Of a stretch of DNA of 64,000 nucleotides, positions 12,191 to 24,795 are shown piece after piece. Within the stretch, counting starts at the first letter, position 1. Every line of letters begins with the position of its first letter. Location of the stretch: assembly GCF_035594765.1 (NCBI RefSeq), contig NC_085842.1:141435036-141499035 (forward strand). Direction: 5' to 3'. Both the position numbers and the translations under genes were made by a program. Under the pieces are notes generated by a model. That model was not told the DNA's origin. It did not search any database and saw nothing but the letters and a program-made list of their open reading frames with translations. The stretch comes from Anolis carolinensis. Taxonomy: Eukaryota.

Positions 12191-12495
12191 GGACCTCATC
12201 ACATTGATGAGGGGCAACTGGGAAATTCTCCAGCCTCCATGGTGAATCTGTGGGGCAGCAGGAAAATCCTGACGCCCCGTGCCCTGCCTCGCTCTCAGCG
12301 ACACTTCCCCATGACACATGGGGAAGCGTCACCACACGACTTTCCCTGCACTGGCCTCGTTTTCCCCTATGGAACATGGGATGCCTCCTGTGTTCTGGGT
12401 GAAGCGCCATAGGATGCTTGTGCTACAGTTCATCAATAGAGCCCAGCTGGAAGTGAGTGTGCATCGTGTGATGGGTGGTGTGGGGCTCCATGGAT
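12191..12495. repeat. Unclassified dispersed repeat, copy 1 (possibly a Harbinger-like non-autonomous element)
   Basis: Collinear similarity to 32083-32360 (gacctcatcacattgatgagg, ccatggtgaatc, taggatgcttg, cgtgtgatggg). Confidence 0.6.
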
Positions 12496-15267
12496 CTCAA
12501 GTCTGTTTTGGCTCCCAGCAGAAGGTGAGGAGGGGAAGTTGTTTTACCAAAGTGTATTCCATTTTTTTAGAAGTGTCTTCACCAAAACCAGAACTAAAAT
12601 CAAAGCCTAATTCTTTTATATCCTGAAATAAATTTCGGGACATTCCAATTCTATCAGGAGGGATAATATCTCCTCTGGACACATCCAGATCATCCATGGT
12701 TCAACTGATGTAATTTCTCCTGCCTCTTCTTCACTGACTAGGAACCCAGTGTGGATGATGGAAAGAAGGGAGGAAGGTCTTGTTTCCTCTTCTGCCTTTG
12801 TTTCTTCTTCCGATGTTTCTGTTCTCAGCATTTTGTTTGTTACTTGAGTAATTTAGTAAAAAATGCATGGGATCTCTGCAGAACTAAAAAATGGTTCACA
12901 CATTAAGGGGTTTCTGTGTTTCTGTTTCATTCTTTTGTATTTATTTATTTATTCATTCATTTCACTTCTATGTCCCCACTCCTAGATGAAGTCATTCATA
13001 GACAGAAGGTGGGTTTTATTTCAAACTGCTTGAGGAAGCCAACTATTTTAACCATCCTTGTCCCTGAGAGGTTTTGGACCACCCCTGTTTTGTAATATTA
13101 AGAGTTGTGCATCTTTTGTCAAACATCTATTTAAGATACAGTAAAAATACTAAGAAATATGTCGGTACCATTTTCTCTTTCTTTGAGACTTAAAACATAA
13201 AAGATCTCCTTTGTTGTCTAGCCACTGAATCCTGGCAGCTTTCTGTTATTTTGGTACTTACTAGAGGTAGATTAAGAAGAAAGTCAAAATTTAAGAAAGT
13301 AAAAGAATTTAGTCTGGAGCCACATTTTAGTCATGGTTGTTGACACTGATTTCTGTCTGCCCACACAGTGACACAAGTGTAGCCACTCACTTGGAAGTTC
13401 ATTTTCTCAATCCAGCTGCTTCTTCCTCTTTGAAAAATCAATGCATTGCAGGCATTTCTGCCTGCTGAGTCTCCTGTCTGACTAAACTGCAAGATAGTGA
13501 AGACAGGCAGCCCCACACCTGGGTGGCTTTAATAGTGTTTGCTTGGTACCATACATAAGACAAAAAGCTGTATGTCTTTAAACATCTGACAAGGGCCATG
13601 ATTGTGCCAGAGTGCTCAGCATGCGGTGCCTGGTTGTTGTAGTAAAATGGAATCGAGACACAAAAGTATGGCAAAGAGACATGGGCATCCGCTGGATGCT
13701 ACAGACATGACATCATTAGTTGGAAAGGTCTGGTTACAGGCAAGATTCTAGCACTTTATCCTAAGTAAAGAATAACAGATGCCCCTTTCCTTTTAGTAAA
13801 AGTACATGAAGAATGAGATGAAAAAGAATGTGCCAGGCTGTCTGCAATTTGCCTTGAAGAAAGAAAGACTTGGAAATCATATTCTTCTTTCAATTTTTTT
13901 AAAAATAGAATAGTATTTTTCAGGGCTGGTTTAGGATTGTAAAACCCCATCCATTCAGTAAAGCTTGTGTAAAGAAACTATAACAGCTAGTTCCATTTCT
14001 ACAATTCAGGGACTGAGACCTAGCACTAGCCATTGTTCTTATTTTTCAAATATGCATCTCACGTAAATAAAGGAGTGGATATTGTGCACTTTCAGATGCT
14101 GCTGTATTGCAGTTCCTAGCATTCCCCATGACTGATAATGCTGGTCAGTCCTGCTGGGAATTTATGTCCAACAGCAATCTCTGGAGGATTGCATGATTCC
14201 CTCCCCTGCTCCATTATTAGCTGAACAAGGCTCACACTTTGAAGGAAGCTGTAAAATATAGCATGAATTTCACCTAGGATGAAGGTGAGCCATCAAATGT
14301 GAGACTGAATAGCATTAAGGAAATGTCAGCTGGCCACAGAGTTCTGCATCTTTGTAAATTTCACAGCAGGTTGCCTTGTTCTTTTTCCTGTAATCTGTAT
14401 GATTTAAATAGGTTTAGCCATAAAATTTGACATCTAGCAAGAGATGACAGGTAGGTTACAAACAAACTGAGACCCCCTTGAATCAGTAATTCTTACAGCA
14501 ATGCTGGTATTTGAAGATACGCTTATGGAATGGAATGGGGGCCAGATTGAGCATGAATGACACGAGGCAACTATTTTAAGGCACCAAGGGCCAATTTAGA
14601 CATTACGGCTCCCTGCCACTGTAGTGGATGCCAAAAGGAGCTCCCATGCTGTGGGTATAATTGTTGGTTTAAAGACTCTTGCTGCATGTGGTGGCCTACT
14701 TGCCTTCAAAATCACCATGGTAACATTGTACATTATGAGTAGTAGCCAACACAGTGTAGGCTGAGGGCGTGGGATGTGACTTGAGCAGATCTGTATGTTA
14801 AGATACTTTCAAAAGTCACACCCGAAGCATAGAGCAATGCCACAGAGGAATGTGTTTCAAGGTCTTCACACCGGGACTGTAACATTGAAAATGACCCCAA
14901 ATTAGGCAGCTGCACTTAAGACTTACTTTCAAAATCCTTTAATCATTTTTAATATAGTCATTCCCTGGGAACTTTCTGTTTGGCAAGAAAAAGGTATTTT
15001 CCCTCATCCCATAGCCAAAGCCTCCTCAAGGCAGAAAAGCAATATGCTTAAAAGAGTAAAGTTAATAATGGCAATAACATTAAAGGCCAGAGAAGAGACC
15101 TGAAACGAATGCTGGATAATTCATTCAATAATGCAGGCTATTATGGAAGGACAATTACCTGTAAGTCAAATGACCTATATCTCTAAAGTAATGTAGATGT
15201 TCAGTTACTCCACTCGGTAATGAAGACATCTAAACAATAGTAGTTATGCCGTTGTGTAGTCAAACGG

Positions 15268-15497
15268 CAGTGGACCCTTGGTATCCACTGGGATTTGGTT
15301 CAAGGTCTCTCAGTGGATACCAAGATCTATGGATGCTCAAATCCCATTATCTACAACAATGCAGTAAAATGTTGTCCCTTTTATAAAATGGCTAAGTCAA
15401 GGTTTGCCTTTTAGATTTTTAAAGAAATGCAATATTTTCGAGCCATGAATGGTTGAATCTGTGGGTGCATGGATCCCTGGATACAAAGGGCCAATAG
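15268..15497. mobile_element. Degenerate Tigger/pogo-like MITE
   Basis: cagtggacccttggtatcca...ggatacaaagggccaatag form imperfect inverted ends; the interior resembles 40095-40275 (ggatgctcaa...gtaaaat). Confidence 0.55.
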
Positions 15498-16763
15498 TTT
15501 TGATATATAGGAGAAATATTATTTTATCGGGCAGTTGAAAAGGTTTCCTTGATTGCCTCCAATTTTCCTACAGAAGAACAAAAGAAAGAAGGGTAAGGAG
15601 GAGAAAGAGTCAGCGATCACAAGAGAACAAACTGTATTATTGCCTTATGTGCCATTTTCTGCACTGTCCTCTGATAAAGCAAAATTCAATTAAAAGCTAA
15701 TGATTACTGCACATTACTTCAGGACTCACTGGAGGATCATGGGAACTTTATGGAAGAGCGAGAGCTGCAATCAGTGGAGAAACAAATTAGAAAAGGGATG
15801 AAACAGAGAGCAAGCAAACGTGAGAGTATCAGAATTCAGAGGGGCCAGGCCAGTGCTGTATGCAAAAGGACATAAACTCAAAGATCCATAGATTCGACCC
15901 ATTCCACTGTTGAAGAGCTTGTCACAAGTTCCTTTTGATGTCTAAGGACTTCCAGCAAATTATCTGGGTTTGATCTCTCAGTTCTGGCTCCATGGCATAG
16001 CTAATGTTCCTCAGTTGTCGTGCCCCCCTCCCCCGACTGCTGTCAATGACAATAGACTGCGACATTATAATTAACTTTGCTGTATTAAGAGCTGCATTAA
16101 CACAGGCTTTTAGGTTTAAATGATACAGTAGTACGAATCATAGAATTAAAGATTTGGGAGAGACTACAAGGACCACCCAGTTCAACTCCATCATGCAGGA
16201 ACACCCAATCAAAGCACTCCTGGTGTATTATGAACAGAAAAGAAAAAACACAGGCTGTGCACTGCTTTCATGCAATGTGGAAAGTATATTTTAGTGTTCA
16301 CCATGGTGAAAAGTCTATGCCTGCAAAATGCGCAGTTAAATATTTGCTAGAGAGCTGGGTTAGACCTAAACGTTTGAAGAGGGGTGTAAGGGTGAATGGT
16401 TACAAAGATTTTTTCCATGCTGGGTACTATTATGAAGGGTTTTGCACATTTTTGGATGGTTTTTCACACTTCAGGTCTTTTCTGCAAACAAAATGTTAGT
16501 TAAACCCTCCCTGTTTTCTGTATAAGATGTAATTTTCTGTGCAAATAAATGATTCTTTATGAAATCTGAGAATGTGAAAAATATCACAGTGGTTGATCCT
16601 TTTCGTAACTAGGTATCTCGATATATCAAGAGACTCTTTCTTGTTAAGTATGAGAAAACTTGCAAGCATTCCATATTTCCCTATGTAAGAGTGACAATAA
16701 TTTCTGGTTGAAATTACATTCACCATGCCTGGCTCCCCTTCTGTCATAGGATTGACCTAGTTA

Positions 16764-16906
16764 GGCCCCATCTATACTGCCATATAATGTAACTTGAAAC
16801 TGCGTTCATATAATGCTATTTAACTGCATTGTACTGCATTATATGAATCTACACTGATTATATAATGCAGTTTCAAACTGCATTATATGGCAATGTAGAT
16901 GGGGTT
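16764..16906. mobile_element. Palindromic PIF/Harbinger-like MITE
   Basis: TIRs ggccccatctatactgccatataatg / cattatatggcaatgtagatggggtt, preceded by TTA. Confidence 0.65.
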
Positions 16907-17534
16907 TCAATGAGGTATAGCTGTTACATTTCTATGAGCTTCCCTACTGTGGAAGTACTTTATCCAAAGAGTTCATATTGTTTTAAAACTATGCCAGTGA
17001 AGTCATAATATAATAGATTCAGCAGTCAGCAAATTCCCCCCTCATGAGTCCTTAGTCCAAATGGCAAGTTTCTCAGTCACTTTAGAAAAGCCATATGCCC
17101 TGCTCTGTTAAGGTCCAAGAATGAGAGAGAGAGCAAGGCATTCTCAACTCACAGTTCCCACAAAGATTCTAAGTACTGAAACCCATGTAAGGATATAAAT
17201 ATTCACTTTGTTTGTTCTTGCATGCAAAAAAGTATAATTTCCCCTTTCCTGGAAGACTTTGTGAGAGTTTTTGTTCAAAATTTTCACCAAAAAATCATCT
17301 TTAATCCAAATTGTGTGTGTGTGTCTGTGATTAAATAAACCAAACTGAAAAAAAATTGAACTTGATTGTTTTCTAATTGTTATGTTCTAATGAATCAAGA
17401 TTCCTGTTCTCAGTGAAGATCCCCTGGTTTTCAGATGGAAGACTGGCTCGGTTGGAGTTGGCTTGCAGCACCTCCCTCTTGACACGTTTCTCCCTTTCGC
17501 CCTCCATTCCTGTCTCTTCGAATTCCATAGTACT

Positions 17535-17745
17535 GTTGGTCACAGATGACTTCCAGTTAGAGCGCTCAAGGGACAGGGCTTCCAGGTTCTTGGTGTCTGT
17601 GCCACAGTTGTTAAGGTTAGCTTCAAGCCCATCTTTAAATTTCTTTTCTGGTCCACCAGCATTCCATTTTCTGTTCTTGAGTTGGGCATTAGGACAACGT
17701 GGCCAGTCCAGCGAAGTTGATGGCAGAGAATCATCACTACAATGC
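17535..17745 (-). mobile_element. RTE-clade LINE 3' fragment
   Basis: Translation MILCHQLRWTGHVV.MP; homologous to the 3' part of the element at 21290-23110. Confidence 0.7.
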
Positions 17746-18247
17746 TAGTGGTTTTTCTTCTTGCTTATGCTATCCTAAGAGTGTGTGTGTGTGTGTATGT
17801 ATAGCTGGAGTAACACTTAAAATGTGCCTTTTCCAACTTGCATACAAATTCAACTTAAGAACAAACCTCCAGGACCTATTGTGTTTGCAACTTAGGGACT
17901 GCATAATGATGTCTTAATTCTTTAATTTAAAAGTGTTTGGCAATTATTTTAATAGGAAATTTTGCAGTGCTCTATATATGATTTAGGTTCCTAATACTTG
18001 AGATGACATATAATAATTCTTGAGATGTTTTTTTTTAAATAGTATGGGAAGGAATAATCCCATCCAATACTACATCACAGAGAATAAAAGAAATGTGATC
18101 ATTAATCAGTTCAATCAATCAAGACTTTATTACAGTCCATGACCAGAACAGAGAGAGGCACAAATGCCCTGGGGTAGAGAAACACAGTTCCCTAGGGAGG
18201 CAATCATAAAAGAGATTAGAAAACAGTTTTTTTTAAAAGAAAAAAAT

Positions 18248-18485
18248 GGATGTGAGGGTGATCTGGCTGCAACATCTGTCACCCCATTGGTCACCAGGGT
18301 TAATTTGCCTGATCTGGCTGGCTAGGCGGGTGTCCCCTCCCTCCCTCACCACTCCATGTGCGTCCTTCCTGAAGCTGCGTGCTCGGTGGAAGAGGACGAT
18401 GTCCCAGGTATAGAAGGAGTGTACCGAGGTCTCCAGTCTTCGGTCTCGGGTATGCGATAACTGCACTCCCCTGCTAGAACCTCCA
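18248..18485 (+). pseudogene. RN7SK: 7SK snRNA retropseudogene, 3'-truncated
   Basis: Starts at the 7SK 5' end (GGATGTGAGGGtGATCTGGCTGC), contains CTGATCTGGCTGGCTAGGCGGGTGTCCCC and ends at CCCCTGCTAGAACCTCCA. The 3' stem-loop and T-run terminator are missing and several CpG>TpG/CpA changes are present. Confidence 0.93.
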
Positions 18486-19659
18486 TTAGTCAGTTATTTA
18501 ATTAAATAGGCCTGCTCTCATAGACCTGCCCATTGCCCTCTCCCCTTCTTGGAAGTTTTTTTTTGCAAGTCATCATAATTATCTCTGGAGGCGTCTCATA
18601 TTTCTAGACCCCTGGAGGTAGTTGTAAATGTGCTTGAGGTGCAGCAGGAAAGAGGGAACAGGATCCTCTCCTTTTCCATTTCATAGCCAAAACGTGTACA
18701 ACAAACTGTGCAAATGTCTTTGCATGGATAGCCCCAATGATTTTCATTGTCTCACTCTCAGTAACACTAGGAAACTGAATAAAATTTGGTGGAGGTTGTG
18801 GGGAGTAGAAGTCTTCTTTGGGGACAATTTTGTACCCTTATAGCTACATTTCTACTTTTACCGTTCCTTGTATGTTTCACCATATCAATTTCATCTGTTG
18901 CAGCAGAAGCAACAACAACATCAATAGTAACAGTCAAGGATCTAAGAGGGAGAAAAATATATACAAAGAGAAAGGCAGAAAATTGAGCAAACAGTAAAGA
19001 GAGAATAAAAGACCAAAAGAAAAATCTACTTGAGTAAGCGCACTTAGCTCTGTTAGAGGATCAAAAAGCTCCACAAAAACCTTTCCAGTTTTTCAAGGCA
19101 GTCCCTTAGAAGCTACTGGTGTTGTGTGAAACAAAAAAGGAACTGAAGAGATTGGGAGAGTCATGCCCAAGAGAGCAGTAATACTCATGCCAAAGGGGGG
19201 CACACTGTTGTTCAGCTCTAAAAGATTCCAATCACATCCTATGAATGGCACAGGAGTTCACATACACGTGAGTTCACAGACAGCATAGTGACAAATGAGC
19301 TATGTGCTCACTGTGGTCACAGAGGGACTGAGCTAAAAGCAGTTCAGTGAGGGTGAAAATCAAGTCAGTTGAAACAGAGGCTTAATATGAGTTCTTAAAA
19401 GCTATTGAAAGATGTTTAAAGTTCTGTGGGAATAAGGAATAAACATTAATGGGGATCCTTGTCTGGTTGGCTTATCAAGGGAGATCATTCCATAGATGTG
19501 TGGGAGAGAGACCATCTAGAACAGGGGTCCCCAAACTACGGCCCGCGGGCCACATGCGGCCCGTCGGAGCTATTTATCCGGCCCGCGGGGCAGTAGCTCC
19601 CTCCTCCTCTGCCAAGAAAGATGTGTGTGGCAAGGAGAAAGAGGAAAAGGCCTTTCCCT

Positions 19660-20270
19660 TCTCCCTCGCCCCGCGTGCACCTTTTCTGCTGCCGCTGCCG
19701 CCGAAGAAGGAGCGCGCAGGGCGAGCGAGGAGGCAGGGAAAGTGAGTGGCTTTCTCGCCTCGCTCGCCCCGCACGCTCCTTTCCCGCCGCTGCTGTCGAG
19801 GAAGGAGTGCACGGGGCGAGCATGGAGAGAAAGCCACTCACCTTCCCTGCCTCCTCGCTCGCCCCGCGCGCTCCTTTCCCGCCGCTGCCGCCGAAGAAGG
19901 AGCGCGCAGGGCGAGCGAGGAGGCAGGGAAGGTGAGTGGCTTTCTCGCCTCGCTCGCCCCGCGCGCTCCTTTCCCGCCGCTGCCGCCGAAGAAGGAGCGC
20001 GCAGGGCGAGCGAGGAGGCAGGGAAGGTGAGTGGCTTTCTCGCCTCGCTCGCCCCGCGCGCTCCTTTCCTACCGCCGCTGTCGAGGAAGGAGTGCACGGG
20101 GCAAGGAGAGAAAGCCACTCGCCTTCCCTGCCTCCTCGCTCGCCCTGCGCGCTCCTTTCCCGCTGCCGCTGTTGCCAAGGAACATAAGCACTGGGCAAAC
20201 AAGAAGAGAAAGGCACTCACCTTTCCTGCCTCCTTGCCCGCCCCGTGCGCTCTTTTCCAGCCACCGCTGC
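19660..20270. repeat. GC-rich ~95-bp minisatellite with internally palindromic units
   Basis: tttctcgcctcgctcgcccc recurs at 19751, 19941 and 20036; each unit contains ctcgctcgccccgcgcgctcctt...aaggagcgcgcagggcgagcgag. Confidence 0.85.
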
Positions 20271-20559
20271 CACAGAGGAACTTAAGACCTTGCTTGAGGT
20301 ACCACATTAAATGTACATTGGGGAAAATGGCACACTTCGTTTTGTATTGCACAGAATGTATCCAGTGGCAGTTTCCAAAATGAATACAGAGGCACATCTT
20401 ATAGAAATAGGTTAACTGTGTTAGTAGGTGGTTGAATTATGTTGGTCAGGGATGCTTTGATTGTTTTGGTGCACAAAGGCAGAAGGGGGTTGGATTAGAT
20501 GGCCCAAGGGGTCTTTTCCAACCATTTTAATTATGGTATTATTATTATTATTATTATTG

Positions 20560-20738
20560 TTGACACAAAGACAGAGTATGGCACAACAAACGAGATATAT
20601 ATGATGGATTATTACTATCATTGTATGACACAGCAAACAAGATAGATATGCTGGATTTCGTATCACAAAATCACAAGTCGAACACTTCCCAAGTGTCTAG
20701 GACTGTGTGATGTATTTTCGGATGATGTCTGCAGATCC

Positions 20739-20740
<2 letters not shown>
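20560..20740 (-). mobile_element. R4/Dong-type LINE 3' end nested in the (TAA)n tract of the hAT element
   Basis: Reverse complement of the 3' end at 42990-43107 (GSA.IIRKYITQS* plus 3'UTR), flanked by (TTA)n. Confidence 0.8.
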
Positions 20741-20805
<65 letters not shown>

Positions 20806-21289
20806 GAGTGACTATCTGTCAGGGGTGCTTTGATTATGTTTTGTTGCACAAAAGCAAAAGGGGTTTGGACTAGATGGCCCAAGGGGTCTCTTCCAACCCT
20901 CTTTATTATTTTTATGATGATGATGATTATTATTAACATTGAGGCTGTATTTGTTCCCTTTTTGTTTGTTTTTTTACTTCATAATAAGATATGTGCAGTG
21001 TGCATAGGAATTTGTTCATAGTTCAAAATAAAAAACACTATAGTTCGGCCCTCCAACGGTCTGAGGGACCGTGAATTGGCCCCCTGTTTAAAAAGTTTGG
21101 GGACCCCTGATCTAGAATCTAGAATCATAAAATCATAGGGTTTAAAGGGACCATAAGGTTCATCCAGGCCAACCCCCTGCCGTGATGGAATCCACCATCA
21201 AAGTAATCCCAACAGATATCCTCCCCTGCTTCTGAAGCATTTGTCTGAAGCACTCATTGCATTAATGAATGACTCTTATCCCTCTAAAT

Positions 21290-23110
21290 TAATCATGTCA
21301 AAAACTAGCAGGCAAGTTTTCATAAGTGCCTATGTACCAACACAAGATTCTGATGAAGATACCTAAAGAGGACAAAAGTACACTCCGTGGTAATTTTAAT
21401 AAAAGAATTCAGTGAGATTTCAACCTGTGGCCAGGGACTATAGGGAAGGAAGGGGTTGAAAATATCAATGTGAATGGCACCCTACTCCTGACCAAATGTG
21501 CAGAACACAATCTTGTCATCACCAGCACACTCTTCTGCCATTGAAGCTCCCCAGGTCAAAGCATTGGCACCTCTTAGACTATGTAATTATATGTGCCAAA
21601 GACCACTGTGATGTTCTTTTCCCAAAAGCCATGAGAACTGCTGATGACTGTTGGACAGACCAGCAATTAATTCAATCCATGATAGCCATCAAGATTGTTC
21701 CCAAACACAGACTCCAAGGAAGAAAGGTAAGACATAAAATGAACACCCAAACTCTTCAAGAGGCCTCTAAATGAGCTCTTTTCCAAATAACACTTAAGGA
21801 TCATCTACCCACAGGACATCCTAAAAATGTTGAGGAACATTGGGATAAATCGAAGATCTCTATAATTACAGCCTGTGAACAAATCATTTGACATCAAGCT
21901 AAGAAACATCAAGACTGGTTTGATGGTATTGATATCAAGATCTAACATTTAATTGATAAGAAAAGGAAAGTCTTCCAAATATGGCTAAAAGACATCAATT
22001 GTGTTGCTAAGAAAAATATCTATGCTAGAGCAAAAGCTGAGGTCCAAAGGTGGGATCCGGTGTCAACACAGAGGTGCATTATTGTCCCAACCTTATGTTC
22101 TGTCCTCATAACTATGATGCTATACTTTCTTGAAGGGAAGCTTCCCATTGGTGTGGAAATCACATATTGGACAAATGGCAAGCTGTATAACTTCAGTATA
22201 ACTGAAAGCCAAATTTAAACACTTTCACAGAAGCATATGAAATACTTGGCCTCTCACTTAACATTAGAAAAACCAAAGTGCTCTACCAGCAGGCACCAAC
22301 CAATCCCTCTGCGATGCCAGCAATAAAGCTTAATGGTGTAATGCTAGGAAATGTTGTCCATTTCCGCTACCTAGGCAGCCACTTCTCCACAAAAGTCAGC
22401 ACTGATGCCGAAATGCAACATCATCTGAGCTCTGCAAGTGCAGCATTTTTTCAAATGAAGCAGAGTGTGTTCAAGGATCACAACATTCTTAGGAATACCA
22501 AGATGCTTGTTGCTAAAGCTATCATCCTTCCAACTCTATTGTACACCTAAGAAACATGGACCATCTACAAATGTCACTCTCAACTTCTGTAAAGATTCCA
22601 TCAGAAGTGCCTTTGAAAAATCCTGAAAATCTCTTGGGAAGACAGGCAGGCAAACATCAGTATTCTGGAAGAATCAAAGACCACAGCATTGAAGTGATGA
22701 TTCTCTGCCATCAACTTTGCTGGATTGGCCACATTGTTTGAATGCCAGATCACCATTTCCTCAGCTCAAGAATGGAAAACAGAATGTTGCTGAACAACAA
22801 AAGATATGAAAAGATAGACTGAAAGATAACCTAAAAAAAAAAACTGGAATAAACACAGAAACTTGGGAAGCCTTGGCCCTTGAGTGTTCTAACCGAAGGT
22901 CGGCTGTTACAACAGTGCTATGGATTTTGAAGAGGCACAAATAAAGAGAAATATGCCAAGACAAAGATGCTATAGGGACCGCTTTCCATTTGTTCTTATT
23001 GTGAAAGACGATGTGGATCCAGAATAGTTTCCTACAGTCACCTTGGAGGACCCACCTCCAAGACTCTACCCTTGGAAAACAATGATACTTGGCCATGAGT
23101 GATCACCTTT
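21290..23110 (+). mobile_element. Degenerate, internally deleted RTE-clade LINE
   Basis: Motifs ISAY.PT, PRSKHWHLLDYVI, DCWTD, FRYLGS, AIILPTLLY and WIGHIV, with many stops. Confidence 0.8.
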
Positions 23111-24795
23111 GATGTTGACTGCCAGTTATGACTTTTGCAACTGCAACTGAAATTTTCCAGCTGTCTTCAATGGCAGGGTATTTGAAATGCATTACAATAA
23201 TCAAAAGTGGATTTTGCCAGAGCAAGAATACAGTATATTTTTGTGTTCCTGCTCAAGCTCCAAAGGTATGTCCTTTTTATATCTTATGGCTAGAACAGAG
23301 AAATGCTTTTGTGTCATCTTGAGCCTGAATTTCTGGAGCATATGTCCACATAAACCACTTAGAAATATGAAGGGAAAAGCTTTGGCTGATTGGAAAATAT
23401 ATATATTTATCCAGAACTTATTGTATCTTTCTAAATCAAGAACATACTGGGCCCAGCAAGGCAACTTTTCACCTGCCGCTTTTAATGATTTGTTCATTTG
23501 TGACATATCTGGCTGCTTTCAGCCTGATGTCTGGCAGCAATTGACGGAGCAGCAGAGGAGTTCAGAAGCCTTTGTCTTTCTGTGTGTGCTGACAAATTTC
23601 AGCAAGCTGCCACACAAAATGCAAACATCAAAGGGCTGGCATGTGTGTGCTTTTCTGAGGCAGCTTTCTAGGTTTTTTTTTACCCAGCTATAAAATACAC
23701 CAAGGAGGATATAAAAACAAAGCTGTGATGAACTTAGCAGAAAGCCAAAGCAAGCAAAGAGAAGGATGGTTTAAAAAAGAAGGAAAGGTATATACCGACA
23801 AGGATGGATTGGTTCCATAGCAGGGGAGAAAGAAACAATTTCTCAGCAACTGTGAAAAGCATAAAAATGATTTACCCATCCAAAGGAGGGGCAAGGGGGG
23901 AGGAAGCTGATAATGCCTAACAAAAGGGAAACTTCAAAGCCTAAAATGTCCCAACTGTGTGACACTGATGTCTTGAACAGTTGTTCTCTGTGAGATAGTG
24001 ACAGAGATTTTTAATGAACTTTAAAGAATAGCATTATAAGAGTTAAACAATGAAAGGCAGAGGACATTAAGGCAGAGTTTATGTGGAGATGAAGACTAAT
24101 GGCTAGAATGGGATTGCAGCGCTGGGCCTTGGATATTTCTATGCAGGGAGAATGACTTTCCACTTCTTTTTCTTTTCTTTATTCATATAGATAGAATGAC
24201 ACTCCTTCCAGGTTTTTCTACTGAGCTGATCTGATGCTTTATTTATGAGAAGCTGTGTGGAAAGCACCTGGGATGCTGAGCTGAGAGGCCCAGAAATGGC
24301 AGAGGTAGAAAACCATAAAGATTATTTAATTGATCTTTAAAGAGTTTATTCTCTTACATTGTTAAAAAGTCTTCCTTGATGTAGCTGGGGTATTTGTTTC
24401 AGATCAGAATGAAGGGCAGGGCTGTAAATATGATTTTGTAGGCAGCATCAGCTTGACTGGATAGGAGACTATGGAAACCTGAATTTTTTTACTTAGCAAG
24501 GCCACCATAAATGTGATGTCAGGTGGGCTAGGGTTGCTACAATGATCCAAATGCAGAATTCTGTTGCTCCCATTGTTGTTACTATTGCAGCATTCATTCA
24601 CATTTTGAATGGCTCAGTTTGGCTCAGAGGGCCTGGTTCACATTCACTGGATGTGGCCAGATGACACACAAGCAGGATTTTATGGAAAACATTCTGCTCA
24701 AGCTACATCTGGAATTGCAAGCTCTTTCCCATGTCTAAAACATGTCACACATTAGCAGACAATTTTATAATCTTAAAGTGAATATTCAAAGCATA

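Larger units (their letters stand above)
19522..21109 (+). mobile_element. Non-autonomous Charlie-group hAT element with GC-rich tandem array and LINE-derived cargo
   Basis: TIR CAGGGGTCCCCAAACT / AGTTTGGGGACCCCTG; exact 8-bp TSD atctagaa (19514-19521, 21110-21117), fitting the Charlie NTCTAGAN preference. Confidence 0.93.

Noticed and set aside
18248-18485. Functional 7SK gene
   Set aside because: It lacks the 3' portion and terminator, shows CpG decay, and has no evident upstream Pol III type-3 promoter.
19449-20397. Cluster of long overlapping ORFs (up to 275 aa) on both strands
   Set aside because: Artefact of a GC-rich tandem array lacking stop codons; the translations are repetitive.
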